Part shown: piece after piece, positions 37,917-47,400 of the stretch
How the letters are laid out: each line of letters begins with the position of its first letter
Position numbering within the stretch: the first letter of the stretch is position 1
Assembly: GCA_022711335.1 (NCBI GenBank)
Contig: JAKLFF010000004.1
Coordinates: 10,592-74,591, forward strand
Source: Patescibacteria group bacterium
GTDB taxonomy: Bacteria; Patescibacteriota; Minisyncoccia; Moranbacterales; UBA2206
DNA: 64,000 nucleotides
Direction of reading: 5' to 3'
The notes under the pieces: model-generated
Databases searched by the model: none
Told to the model about the DNA's origin: nothing
What the model saw: only the letters and a program-made list of their open reading frames with translations
Program-made: the position numbers and the translations under genes

Positions 37917-38663
37917 CTATTTTACCCTTACCTCCGGCAGATTATCCCAAGCTAACTCAAACATCCACTTTAAAGTATTATTAATCTCCGCGCTTTCAAT
38001 GATCACTGCCATTTGTTCTTTGGAAGAAATAAGCGCGACTTTTTGATGGCCGTACACATCCACTTCCACTGAAAAAGGATATTTATCTTTTTTAATTAGT
38101 TTACAGACTCGCAATTGTTGCTGGTCTCTCGCCACTAATGATTCTTCCAAATATTTTGTTCCCGGAAGAATCGCCCGCACGCGCACGCCCTTCTTCATTC
38201 TTTTTTTGATATACCATTCGATCCAATCTTCACCCAAAACATCTCGGACATCTTCCGAACCAAATGCCAAAATTTCACCGGAATATTTCAGCGCATCGTC
38301 ATATGCTTCCATGAGTCCTTCCTTACCTTCATAAAATCTAATCTTCGGTTTTGTGCCTTTGACGTTGTAGATGGATTTCAACTGCGGAAGGATTTCTTCA
38401 AAAAGGCTTTCTTTTTTTTCAAGGTCTTTTTTTATTTTCTCCGGATCTTCGCCGATGAATAATCTTTTCTTTCCACTAAGCGCCTGAGACACAAGGCCGT
38501 CTTTTTGCAGATCAAGAAGAATGTCATAGGCGGTGGTTCTTTTGATGTTGGCCTTCCGGGATATGTCTATTACCGACGCCCCGCCCAATTCCAAAGCCGC
38601 CAGATATACATCTGCTTTTCGGCCATGGAGGCCAAATTGTTTGAGAATTTGTCGGGTTTCCAT
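37917..38663 (-). CDS. TrmB-family HTH transcriptional regulator (copy 1)
   Basis: N-terminal HTH ...DVYLAALELGGASVIDISRKANIKRTTAYDILLDLQKDGLV... plus a TrmB-like C-terminal domain. Confidence 0.65.
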   Translation of the reverse strand: METRQILKQFGLHGRKADVYLAALELGGASVIDISRKANIKRTTAYDILLDLQKDGLVSQALSGKKRLFIGEDPEKIKKDLEKKESLFEEILPQLKSIYNVKGTKPKIRFYEGKEGLMEAYDDALKYSGEILAFGSEDVRDVLGEDWIEWYIKKRMKKGVRVRAILPGTKYLEESLVARDQQQLRVCKLIKKDKYPFSVEVDVYGHQKVALISSKEQMAVIIESAEINNTLKWMFELAWDNLPEVRVK

Positions 38664-38682
38664 GATAATTATTTTGCAATCT

Positions 38683-38764
38683 TTGTAGGGACAGACCTTG
38701 TGTCTGTCCTGAATTTTTTATTTGTATTTTTTTATTTCGGGCGAACACAAGGTTCGCCCCTACA
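38683..38764. repeat. REPIN/BIME-like 82-bp element, copy R (about 93% identical to copy L, same orientation)
   Basis: Same TIRs and hairpins as copy L. Confidence 0.6.
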
Positions 38765-38884
38765 TTTTGCCCTTATTTTACCATATGACGACATTTTTCG
38801 TCAAATAATAAGATTTTTAATTATCTTTATTTGCCTTTATTTAGCCATTTTATATAATATATTGCAATTTACTTGACGTAGTTC

Positions 38885-38913
38885 TTTGACATTTTTGTCA
38901 TTTGGCTGTATAA
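38885..38913 (+). promoter_or_regulatory. Consensus promoter of the REC-domain gene
   Basis: TTGACA, 17-bp spacer, TATAAT; RBS AAAGGAG. Confidence 0.55.
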
Positions 38914-38992
38914 TTGGCAGTTAAGATGAAAGTTCCAATGAGGAACTGGAATCTTAATAAAAGTTCATTACATTCCAAAAAAGGAGCAAGCT

Positions 38993-39745
38993 ATGAAAAT
39001 AATGATTATTGACGATACCAATGCAAATCTGGAAGCAGCTCGTACGGCTTCGGCTAATTTTTCTGAGCACGAGTTTTCCTTTTTCAGTTCAGCAAAAGAA
39101 GCAGCTGATAAATTGGAAGATTTCGATGCCATAATCTCTGACCTCTTCTTTCCTAATGAGAATCATCATGACGGAAGCAATTTGGATGATTTATATGCAA
39201 TTTATCGTTCGGAAATGGATCATCCTGTCTTCAATGAGATCGTTGATTATTATTATGGTGGCGACTGGAAAAGAGCAAATGGCAAACTCCAGGATGCCGT
39301 AGCATTGCTGGAAGAGGGAACTATTAGAAAAGCTATTGAGAGATTAATCCGTTTCTTCTATGGAAAAGGAGATGCTTGGGGATTAGAAAAAGCAAAGGAA
39401 TATGAAGAAAGATTAGAAAGCCTCCCTGACCAACAATTTCCATACGGAGGCGCCTTGATTTTGGAGGCAAAAAAGGTTGGAAAAGCTTGCTGCCTAGTGT
39501 CGGATATTCATCGCCATGCCGGAGAATATAAAGATGCAGTAGGAGCCATTGATGCCATGACTCTGCTCATACCTCTTATGGGTGCTGGCATCGTTACGAT
39601 TGAACAAGCGCAATATGATGGAAAAAATAGTTTGACATACATAGGCAATGATGAGCTGTATAAGACTGCGGGCAGTCAGAAAAAGAATTCTCCGAAAGTA
39701 TGGGTAGAAGCAATTAAAAGAGTTCTTTCTCAAATTGACCACTAA
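38993..39745 (+). CDS. Orphan REC (CheY-like receiver) domain protein with an uncharacterised C-terminal domain (copy 1)
   Basis: MKIMIIDD...DAIISDLFFPNE... receiver fold; the C-terminal domain is shared with the 46473..47156 product. Confidence 0.55.
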   Translation: MKIMIIDDTNANLEAARTASANFSEHEFSFFSSAKEAADKLEDFDAIISDLFFPNENHHDGSNLDDLYAIYRSEMDHPVFNEIVDYYYGGDWKRANGKLQDAVALLEEGTIRKAIERLIRFFYGKGDAWGLEKAKEYEERLESLPDQQFPYGGALILEAKKVGKACCLVSDIHRHAGEYKDAVGAIDAMTLLIPLMGAGIVTIEQAQYDGKNSLTYIGNDELYKTAGSQKKNSPKVWVEAIKRVLSQIDH

Positions 39746-39886
39746 AGGTTTCCGGGAAGTTTATCCTTGCTTATCAAGGCAAAAAACTTCCCAATTTTAT
39801 TGAGTTTTTCTTGAATAGGTCAAGGAAGATTCATTGAATGAAGGTTCTTTGAAATTACTCACATTACAAATTATAAAGGAGCAATT

Positions 39887-40141
39887 ATGTGGTATGAAAT
39901 TCATTTTTTTAGGTATGAGTTTGAGTATGCGGAACCTGTACTGTCAGAAGTTCTTTTTTTTAAATCAAGAAAGGAGTTAGAAAAATATCTCGATGGAATG
40001 ATTTCTGGCAATATGGTTTTTGGAGTGGATACTCTCAGTTTCTATGCAGGCACAATTTACCAATTGTGCAGAAATGGAGTAAAAAGAAAAATTGAAAAAT
40101 TCCGTAACAATGTTTACAAAAAATATCCAGATTGGTACTAA
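39887..40141 (+). CDS. Hypothetical protein (84 aa)
   Basis: Strong RBS AAAGGAG; no motif recognised. Confidence 0.4.
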   Translation: MWYEIHFFRYEFEYAEPVLSEVLFFKSRKELEKYLDGMISGNMVFGVDTLSFYAGTIYQLCRNGVKRKIEKFRNNVYKKYPDWY

Positions 40142-40210
40142 CTTTAAAGACTTGAGCTACGTCTATAAACTGGCTCTTTTTATTTGTAAATCGGCTTTTT
40201 TATTTTTTAT

Positions 40211-40242
40211 ATAAACAAAAAAGACGCCCCATTGGAGCGTCT
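40211..40242 (-). terminator. Intrinsic terminator downstream of gyrA
   Basis: On the minus strand, AGACGC-TCCAATGGG-GCGTCT hairpin followed by a T6 run. Confidence 0.65.
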
Positions 40243-40264
40243 CTACAAAATATCTTTTGACTGG

Positions 40265-40284
40265 ATTCCCGCTTTCGCGGGAAT
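40265..40284 (-). promoter_or_regulatory. Isolated hairpin A of the two-hairpin motif (perfect ATTCCCGC-GAAA-GCGGGAAT), 13 nt after the gyrA stop
   Basis: The minus strand reads TTTGTCATTCCCGCGAAAGCGGGAATCCAG. Confidence 0.45.
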
Positions 40285-40297
40285 GACAAAATAAATT

Positions 40298-42742
40298 TTA
40301 CAATACCGTAATCGCGCTGACTTTGTCACCAGCCTGTGGCCTCATAACTCTTACGCCTTGTGTCGCCCGGCCGAGAACGGAAACTTCTTTGAGAGAAATG
40401 CGGATAATCTGGCCTTTTTCAGATGTAAGGATTACGTCTTCTTCAATCTGATCCAAATTAACCACTTGCGCGCCGATCAGTTTTCCGGTTTTGGCAGTAA
40501 CCGATGCCGTCTTTATCCCGCTGCCTCCCCGATTTTGAACTTTGTATGATTTCAGATCAGATCTTTTTCCATATCCGTTTTCCGAAATCACCAAAAGTTG
40601 ATTGCCTTTCTGATTTTTGAGGACCACATCCATTCCAACTACCTTATCTTCGCTTTTTAGCTTGATTCCACGCACTCCAGCCGCGGCGCGTCCCATTGGA
40701 CGGACATCTGATTCTTTGAAATGAATAGCTTGTCCGGCGGCAGTCGTCACAACCACTTCATCCGATCCGGTTGTCGCCTCCACCCAGCGGAGCGCATCGC
40801 CCTTTTCCAGTTTGATCGCAAGCAATCCAGAACGCCTGACATTATCAAATTCATCGAAGGTGGTTTTCTTGACTGTCCCAGTTTCTGTCACCATGAGAAG
40901 ATATTTATAATTATCATCTTTTCCAAAAGCAACGATCGCCGTTACGGATTCTTCCGAAGAAAGGGAAAGGAAATTAACAATTGATTGTCCTTTGGCCACT
41001 CGGGAAGATTCCGGAATTTCATAAGCCTTGGTTTGGAAAACTTTTCCGGAGTTCGTAAAGAAGAGCATATTGTCATGTGTCATTACGCCAAGAAGTTTTT
41101 GAATTTCATCACCTTCTTTGGTTGTCGCACCGATCACGCCCTTTCCGCCACGCTTCTGGACTTTGTAAACTCCCGGGTTCATTCTTTTTATGTAGCCTTC
41201 TTTAGTGATAGTTATGATAGCTTCCTCATTCGGAACCAAGTCTTCCTGCTTGAATTCTCCGATTCCGCCTTTCACCACTTTGGTTTTTCGCTCATCGCCA
41301 TATTTTTCTTTGACTCGAGCCAATTCATCTTTCACAATTGCCAGAATTTTCTTTTCTGATTTCAAAATGGCTTCCAATTCCGCAATCAGCTTCAGTTTTT
41401 CGGCCAATTCGTCTTCAATCTTCTTTCGTTCCAATCCTGCAAGTGTCTGCAGCCGCATTTCGAGAATTGCCGTTGATTGTCGATCGGAAAGCTTGAATTT
41501 TTTCATCAAATTCGCATGCGCTTCTTCTTTTGTCGGAGATTTCCGGATTGCATCAATCACGGCATCGATATTATCGAGTGCTTTTTTAAGGCCTTCCAAT
41601 ATATGCGCCCGGTCTTTGGCTTTTTCCAAATCATATTTAGTCCGCCTGGTGATAACAATTTTTCGGTGTTCGATATATTCTTCCAAAATATCCTTGAGAT
41701 TGAGCACTCTCGGCTCGATTCCATTGACCAGCGCCAGCATATTCACCCCGAAGTTCTTCTGAAGATCCGTCATAGAATAAAGCTTGTTGAGAACTTTTTG
41801 CGGATAGGCGTCTTTTTTAAGATCAATGACAATCCGCACTCCTTCCTTGTCAGACTCATCTCGGATATCTCGGATCCCCACAATTTTTCCATCTCGAACC
41901 AAATCGGCCATTTTCTCAATAAGCGTCGCTTTATTGGTTGCATAAGTCATTTCGCTGACCACAATTTGAAAAGCACCGGCTTTGCTTTCCACTATATCAA
42001 CTTTGGCACGAGTAAGAATCTTTCCACGACCGGTTCGATATGCTTCCAAAACATCTTTTTTATTGTAAATTATCCCGCCCGTCGGAAAATCTGGACCTTT
42101 GACAAATTCTGCCAGATCTTCAATGGTAGCTTCTGGGTTATCAATAAGACATGAAATTCCATCGGCAATTTCATTCAAATTATGCGGAGGAATGTTCGTT
42201 GCCATTCCAACCGCAATTCCCATTGAACCATTGAGAAGCAGCTGAGGAAGCGCTGCCGGAAGAACAGTCGGTTCTTTGTGCTGTCCGTCAAAATTAGGGA
42301 CAAAATCAACCGTGTTTTTTTCAATGTCAATAAGCATTTCCTCGGCAATGGCAGAAAGTTTGGCTTCCGTATAACGATAAGCGGCCGCCGAGTCACCGTC
42401 CATCGAGCCGAAATTTCCCTGGCCGCGAACAAGAGGATAGCGAAGAGAAAAATCCTGGGCCATGCGCACCATAGAATCATAAACAGCGCTGTCTCCGTGC
42501 GGATGAAACTTTCCCAGCACTTCTCCGACTACTGTAGCTGATTTTCTGAATTTTGCGTTAGCCCGAAGACCGGTGTTCCACATGGAATAGAGGATTCTTC
42601 TGTGAACTGGCTTAAGGCCATCCCTGACATCCGGAAGAGCGCGCGCGACAATGACACTCATCGCATAATCAAGATAGCTTTGCGATATTTCTTCGGTAAT
42701 TTCGCGATTCTTTATATTTTGTACTTGTAGTTCTTTAGTCAT
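40298..42742 (-). CDS. gyrA: DNA gyrase subunit A
   Basis: ...[23 protein letters not shown]..., 814 aa. Confidence 0.9.
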   Translation of the reverse strand: MTKELQVQNIKNREITEEISQSYLDYAMSVIVARALPDVRDGLKPVHRRILYSMWNTGLRANAKFRKSATVVGEVLGKFHPHGDSAVYDSMVRMAQDFSLRYPLVRGQGNFGSMDGDSAAAYRYTEAKLSAIAEEMLIDIEKNTVDFVPNFDGQHKEPTVLPAALPQLLLNGSMGIAVGMATNIPPHNLNEIADGISCLIDNPEATIEDLAEFVKGPDFPTGGIIYNKKDVLEAYRTGRGKILTRAKVDIVESKAGAFQIVVSEMTYATNKATLIEKMADLVRDGKIVGIRDIRDESDKEGVRIVIDLKKDAYPQKVLNKLYSMTDLQKNFGVNMLALVNGIEPRVLNLKDILEEYIEHRKIVITRRTKYDLEKAKDRAHILEGLKKALDNIDAVIDAIRKSPTKEEAHANLMKKFKLSDRQSTAILEMRLQTLAGLERKKIEDELAEKLKLIAELEAILKSEKKILAIVKDELARVKEKYGDERKTKVVKGGIGEFKQEDLVPNEEAIITITKEGYIKRMNPGVYKVQKRGGKGVIGATTKEGDEIQKLLGVMTHDNMLFFTNSGKVFQTKAYEIPESSRVAKGQSIVNFLSLSSEESVTAIVAFGKDDNYKYLLMVTETGTVKKTTFDEFDNVRRSGLLAIKLEKGDALRWVEATTGSDEVVVTTAAGQAIHFKESDVRPMGRAAAGVRGIKLKSEDKVVGMDVVLKNQKGNQLLVISENGYGKRSDLKSYKVQNRGGSGIKTASVTAKTGKLIGAQVVNLDQIEEDVILTSEKGQIIRISLKEVSVLGRATQGVRVMRPQAGDKVSAITVL

Positions 42743-42744
42743 AC

Positions 42745-42864
42745 AATTAAAATTTTCAATTCACAATTTTCAATTTTCAATCAATTTACAATTTCATAAT
42801 TTTCAATGACTAAAACATTTAATCATTGGAAATTGTTTAGAAATTAGAAATTGAAAATTAGAAA
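42745..42864. repeat. AT-rich imperfect palindrome of about 115 bp made of short units (TTCAATTT / GAAATTG)
   Basis: Left arm TTCAATTTTCAATT; right arm GAAATTGAAAATTAGAAATT. Confidence 0.5.
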
Positions 42865-43140
42865 TTAATTTTGATTTTGCAAATTCCCTTGCCCCTGAAA
42901 ACCGCTTTTCATTTGGCCGGTTACGTCTTCAAGCGATTTTTTTTGATCCTTAAACTGCTCCAGAATTTGGGGATTCGGAGTTATCTCAGAAGCCGTATTT
43001 TTCTTATTTTGCGCCACAATTGACACTATCCAGATAGCAACAACAAAAACCATTGAAATAGAGACCCACATCCAAACATAGCGAATGCGGATATACTCCG
43101 GCTTTTGGCGAATTTCATCAATTTTGTCTTGCAATCCCAT
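42865..43140 (-). CDS. Hypothetical small membrane protein
   Basis: 91 aa with one TM helix. Confidence 0.4.
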   Translation of the reverse strand: MGLQDKIDEIRQKPEYIRIRYVWMWVSISMVFVVAIWIVSIVAQNKKNTASEITPNPQILEQFKDQKKSLEDVTGQMKSGFQGQGNLQNQN

Positions 43141-43225
43141 TGTTTTACGAAATACGAAATGAGCGAAATATGAAGCATTCTATTTATTATTTCGTAGTTC
43201 GTTAATTTCGTATTTCGTAAAGTCT
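43141..43225. repeat. AT-rich palindrome of about 85 bp (TTACGAAATACGAAAT ... ATTTCGTATTTCGTAA)
   Basis: Near-perfect inverted repeat. Confidence 0.55.
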
Positions 43226-43883
43226 ATTCTATCCCCATCAGCACCACTTCCATACTTTTTTCATCGATGTCTTTCTTTTTTATATTAAGCTTGGAAAATT
43301 TTGTTCTGGGACAATTTCCCATTTCATTGCAAAATTTCTTTTCATCGTCAACGTCTATATTAGACCCGTTTATCTTGTAGTGCATTGGGATTATAATTTT
43401 CGGCTCGATCTTTTTTATAATATCCACCGCCTTTTTGCCATCAATAGTATATTTTCCGCCAATCGGAATCATGAGAATATCCACGCCATTTATATCTTCC
43501 AGCTGCTTTTCTGTGAGGTCGCATCCCAGATCTCCCATATGGCAAACCCGCATATCTTCACTTTCAAAAACGAAAATAGTATTGAGGCCTTGTTCCGCAC
43601 CTTGTTTATTATCATGAAATGAAGTAATTCCGACAATATTTATGCCCTTAACTGAATATTCCCCGGGAATATTAACAATATACGGTTCGCCTTTTATGGC
43701 TTCGATATTGTTGTGATCATGATGATCATGCGTAGAAAGCACCAGATCAGCGCTGCCCTGGGGCGGGCGAAGGCCGATGGATTTGTCAAAGGGATCAATA
43801 AAAAGCGCCACATCCTGCTGGCCTCTTCCTTCAGGCTTTGTGGTTATTTTAAAGCAGGAATGGCCGTAATATTGGATATTCAT
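43224..43883 (-). CDS. MBL-fold metallo-hydrolase
   Basis: STHDHHDHN motif. Confidence 0.7.
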   Translation of the reverse strand: MNIQYYGHSCFKITTKPEGRGQQDVALFIDPFDKSIGLRPPQGSADLVLSTHDHHDHNNIEAIKGEPYIVNIPGEYSVKGINIVGITSFHDNKQGAEQGLNTIFVFESEDMRVCHMGDLGCDLTEKQLEDINGVDILMIPIGGKYTIDGKKAVDIIKKIEPKIIIPMHYKINGSNIDVDDEKKFCNEMGNCPRTKFSKLNIKKKDIDEKSMEVVLMGIE

Positions 43884-44140
43884 ATAAGAAGATGTGATTT
43901 ATTACTAACTTATCCTATCATAAAAAAATATGTGTGTCGAGATTCGTCCGAATTGACTAATAGGCTTTTTTGCTCTAGTTTTAATGCAGATTAAAAATTT
44001 CCAGGGAGAAGGAGGCTTTGGATTTTAAAATGGTTCATTAATAACTGAGTAATTCGAAAAATTTTCGGTTTTCATATACATGAAACAATGGTGGTAATTA
44101 TCAAAAAACATAAGTTTTCCCAAAAATAAGGAGACTAGAC

Positions 44141-44845
44141 ATGGACAGCAAAAAAAAGAACTTCATTCGTTCAATTTTTAAGTATGGTAGAATTGAAATT
44201 CGTGATGTGGATGGTGGCCAGGAGCCGTTTCTTTACAGCACAAAGAATCACGGTCCCGGCTATGTCGATGTGAAAGGGGGAGTTGGTATTGATGAGTTTT
44301 TTGAACCAGCTCTTGATCTTCTTGCCGACATAATCGTGCAAGATCAAATTCCTATTGACATTGTAATTGGCATGATGACCGGCGGAGCCCTTCCTGGTTA
44401 TCGTCTCAAACAACATCTTCAAGAGCGCCTTAATAAGAGAATTGTGTATATCTACCAGCGTGGCGCACGAAAAGAAGGCGGGCACGCCGAACTCGACACA
44501 GGTGATCGTAATAACTGCCATATACAGGAAGGCTGTTACGGGCTTGTAGTCGAAGAGCTGGTAAATTTTGCAGGAACAACCACTAACGGCGTTCTCTATG
44601 AGCGCAATGTTAAGAAAAGAATCGTTGATCACGCGGCCACAATTCTTTTCTACAAAAACCCCGTGGCAATCGAACGGCTTAAAGAAAACAGCATCACTCT
44701 CCATTGGGTTGTTGCGCTTCCGGAAGTTTTGGATCTTGGTTTTCAAGAAGGCTATATTAACCAAAAACAATTCGATCAATATACAGCCTTCCTCCAAAAT
44801 CCAAAAACATGGAATGAAAGTCGCGGATACGAATTCTTCGGATAA
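44141..44845 (+). CDS. Type I phosphoribosyltransferase, orotate-PRTase-like
   Basis: PRPP-binding-like GLVVEELVNFAGTTTNG; N-terminal orotate-PRTase-like segment. Confidence 0.5.
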   Translation: MDSKKKNFIRSIFKYGRIEIRDVDGGQEPFLYSTKNHGPGYVDVKGGVGIDEFFEPALDLLADIIVQDQIPIDIVIGMMTGGALPGYRLKQHLQERLNKRIVYIYQRGARKEGGHAELDTGDRNNCHIQEGCYGLVVEELVNFAGTTTNGVLYERNVKKRIVDHAATILFYKNPVAIERLKENSITLHWVVALPEVLDLGFQEGYINQKQFDQYTAFLQNPKTWNESRGYEFFG

Positions 44846-44856
44846 GGAGACATGTC

Positions 44857-45561
44857 ATGTATAAGCGCGCATTTCCAAAATTTTGTCTTGCCATTGACGA
44901 CAGTTCGGCCGAAAAAGTCGTTTATAAGGCAAATCAGATCAAGGGTGTTCCCGGGAATTACGGAATCAAAGTTAATCTGGATGCCATCGTGGATAGCAAA
45001 AGAGTTATTAGTGATATTTGTGTGATAACCGGCAAACCCGTTTTTACTGATTTTAAGGGCTGGAATGGGAATCGGACACTTAAAGAGCTTGTTACTATCG
45101 CGGCGGGCGAAGGCGCATCTATGATCAATTTTCACGCCTTAGCTGATAGCATGCTCGAAAAAGCAGTCGAAGAAGGGGAAAAGCTAGGCGTTATCGTTCT
45201 TGGAGTTACAATCCTTACCCATTACGACGATGCCTATTGCCGGCGCCATTTTCGACGATCTCTTTCTGAGTCAGTACGCCATTTCGCCAAGGTTTCTCTT
45301 GAAAGAGGCTGCGATGGATATGTGATGCCCGGAACTATGCTTGATGCAGTGAAAGGTTTGCGAGGCATTAAATTTATTCCAGGAACAAGGCCGTCGTCTT
45401 TCGAAGATAAATCAGCAAATTTTCAGAAACAATTCGAGGATCCACTTATTTGCTTAGCTAACGGCGCCACAATTGTTTCGTGCGGATCTCCAGTATGGAA
45501 ATCCGATGATCCTTGTAAAGCACTCCATGTGCTTGTCCGTCAAGTGAACAACATCGATTAA
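44857..45561 (+). CDS. OMP-decarboxylase-superfamily (PyrF-like) protein
   Basis: LAIDD..., ...VIVLGVTILTHYDD..., ...IPGTRP... Confidence 0.5.
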   Translation: MYKRAFPKFCLAIDDSSAEKVVYKANQIKGVPGNYGIKVNLDAIVDSKRVISDICVITGKPVFTDFKGWNGNRTLKELVTIAAGEGASMINFHALADSMLEKAVEEGEKLGVIVLGVTILTHYDDAYCRRHFRRSLSESVRHFAKVSLERGCDGYVMPGTMLDAVKGLRGIKFIPGTRPSSFEDKSANFQKQFEDPLICLANGATIVSCGSPVWKSDDPCKALHVLVRQVNNID

Positions 45562-45565
45562 CTTA

Positions 45566-45630
45566 CAACCCAACCCCGCGATTTAGCAGATAATTCTGCA
45601 AAAGTCGCGCGGGTTGTTTTTATTTTTCTT
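45566..45630 (+). terminator. Hairpin with a T-run after the pyrF-like gene
   Basis: AACCCCGCG...CGCGCGGGTTG followed by TTTTTATTTTTC. Confidence 0.45.
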
Positions 45631-45727
45631 TACGAAACATAAATCTAATACTAGTATATTAATGTATGAGTAATCATATGTTTTATTAAGTATATAAAAG
45701 AATATTTTTATATAAAAAAGCTCTGAT

Positions 45728-45875
45728 GGACCCAGTAGTAGAATTTCGACTTTTAATATGCTGAGTCCGACAAACATAATTTGATTGTAATAGAATTATT
45801 AATATTTAATAAATTAACTAAGTCTCTTTTGATTTTTCCGTAGGAAAAATCAGTCGAAATTTCACTACTGGGTGG
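45728..45875. repeat. Inverted-repeat-bounded element of about 150 bp
   Basis: Left end GGACCCAGTAGTAGAATTTCGAC, right end GTCGAAATTTCACTACTGGGTGG; internal 9-bp-stem hairpin GATTTTTCC-GTA-GGAAAAATC; the GTG start of the next gene lies inside the right repeat. Confidence 0.5.
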
Positions 45876-46438
45876 ATATTCTCGCTCATGGCCTTTGGGC
45901 CGGATCAGCCGGAAAGGCTGTTAATTTAATCCGCCAGCCGGCGGAAAAAGAGCCGCTAAAACTCAAATGGATGGTTGTTTGGGGAATTTTTCCGGATTTT
46001 TTTGCCTTTGCCATTTCTTTTTCCTGGATGATCGGGAGCCAGATTTTTCCGTTTATTCCTAAAATCGAGCACTTGGGTCCTGGCAATATGGAGCCGGTTA
46101 CTCAAAACAGCCTTTTCATAATGCATCTTACCCATACTTTATATAATATCAGCCATAGCCTGTTTATATTTTTCCTTATTTTTGGATTAGCCTGGCTGAT
46201 TTTTAAAAAGCCTGTCTGGGTTATGACTGGCTGGCTACTGCATATTCTCATGGATATCCCTTCCCATTCCTATGATTTCTATCCCACGCCTTTTCTTTGG
46301 CCGATATCTGATTTCAAAATAAACGGCTTCCATTGGGGCACCCCGTGGTTTATGATAACTAATTATTCTTTGATAATAATTGCATATCTTCTTCTATATA
46401 TTATTAATAAGAGGAATAAAAAAAGAGCCAGTTTATAG
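45872..46438 (+). CDS. YdjM/DUF457-like membrane-bound metal-dependent hydrolase
   Basis: MDILAHGLWAG... N-terminus, multi-TM, conserved H and D residues. Confidence 0.5.
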   Translation: MDILAHGLWAGSAGKAVNLIRQPAEKEPLKLKWMVVWGIFPDFFAFAISFSWMIGSQIFPFIPKIEHLGPGNMEPVTQNSLFIMHLTHTLYNISHSLFIFFLIFGLAWLIFKKPVWVMTGWLLHILMDIPSHSYDFYPTPFLWPISDFKINGFHWGTPWFMITNYSLIIIAYLLLYIINKRNKKRASL

Positions 46439-46472
46439 ACTTGGCTCAGGTCTTTGTGGTTAGAGCGCTACA

Positions 46473-47156
46473 TTAAGCGGCGCTCCCTTTCGTCACCTCC
46501 TTTCTCATTTCTTCCCAAAAGATTCTGTGTTCTTTTGGGTTTTCGAGCTCCTCGCCAGAGGAGTTCTTGTGGCCGTAGTCAAAAATATCCGACCACTTTT
46601 TTGAGCTGACAAACTGATTAATTGCTTCCAGCTTGTCGTTGTGATGGAACAGGGACGAGGCCATTCTGAATTTCAGGCCTCTTTTTTCGCATTCCTCAGC
46701 CACTAATATTCCCAATGGCTGATCTGCTTCGTCTTGGCTTGAGAGCCACGAGTCAACCGCCCCTGCAATTCTTTCGGCCTTTTCGACACAATAAGTTATG
46801 TGTCGAATTTCGTTTTTGACGTACTTTAATTTATACGTCAATTTTTTCTCATCTTCGATGAACTCCTTGTTGAAGAGAGCTTCCTCCAGCGTTTCGAAGA
46901 AATTCTCAATTCCTTTCTCCTTTACGAAATTTTTAAGCCTTTCCGCCAGCTCCCCAGCCATCTCTTTCTTCCCCGTTCCAGTTTCCTGGGGGAAGAAGAT
47001 GTCTGTGATCACCAGGTCATATTGACCCTGGCTAAGTTTTTCCATTGCAGTGGCATAGTCACCAGTGATTTCGATCTGGTTTTCAGTCCCAAAAACTTCA
47101 GAGATTAAGGATTGAGCAATAGCGTTATCTTCGACAAACAGGATGGATTTTTTCAT
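46473..47156 (-). CDS. Orphan REC (CheY-like receiver) domain protein with an uncharacterised C-terminal domain (copy 2)
   Basis: MKKSILFVEDN...DLVITDIFFPQE...; C-terminal domain paralogous to the 38993..39745 product. Confidence 0.55.
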   Translation of the reverse strand: MKKSILFVEDNAIAQSLISEVFGTENQIEITGDYATAMEKLSQGQYDLVITDIFFPQETGTGKKEMAGELAERLKNFVKEKGIENFFETLEEALFNKEFIEDEKKLTYKLKYVKNEIRHITYCVEKAERIAGAVDSWLSSQDEADQPLGILVAEECEKRGLKFRMASSLFHHNDKLEAINQFVSSKKWSDIFDYGHKNSSGEELENPKEHRIFWEEMRKEVTKGSAA

Positions 47157-47348
47157 GGCAATTCCTTTCTTATAGAGGTGATTTTTAAAAAACTTATTAA
47201 GCGTCCAACCGGACTATCCAATTTTCAGCTTAACGGTCTATTATACATCAAAAATGGGAATTAGTCAATTAATTTAGTTATTATTATTGTATTATATTGC
47301 TTTATTTATGACATTTTTTAGAATATATACTTTTTGTTGTTAATTTTA

Positions 47349-47377
47349 TTGACAATTTGCTATATAGCTGATATACT
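47349..47377 (+). promoter_or_regulatory. Promoter of TrmB copy 2
   Basis: TTGACA, 17-bp spacer, TATACT. Confidence 0.5.
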
Positions 47378-47400
47378 AAAAATACCCTTAAAAAGCATTT

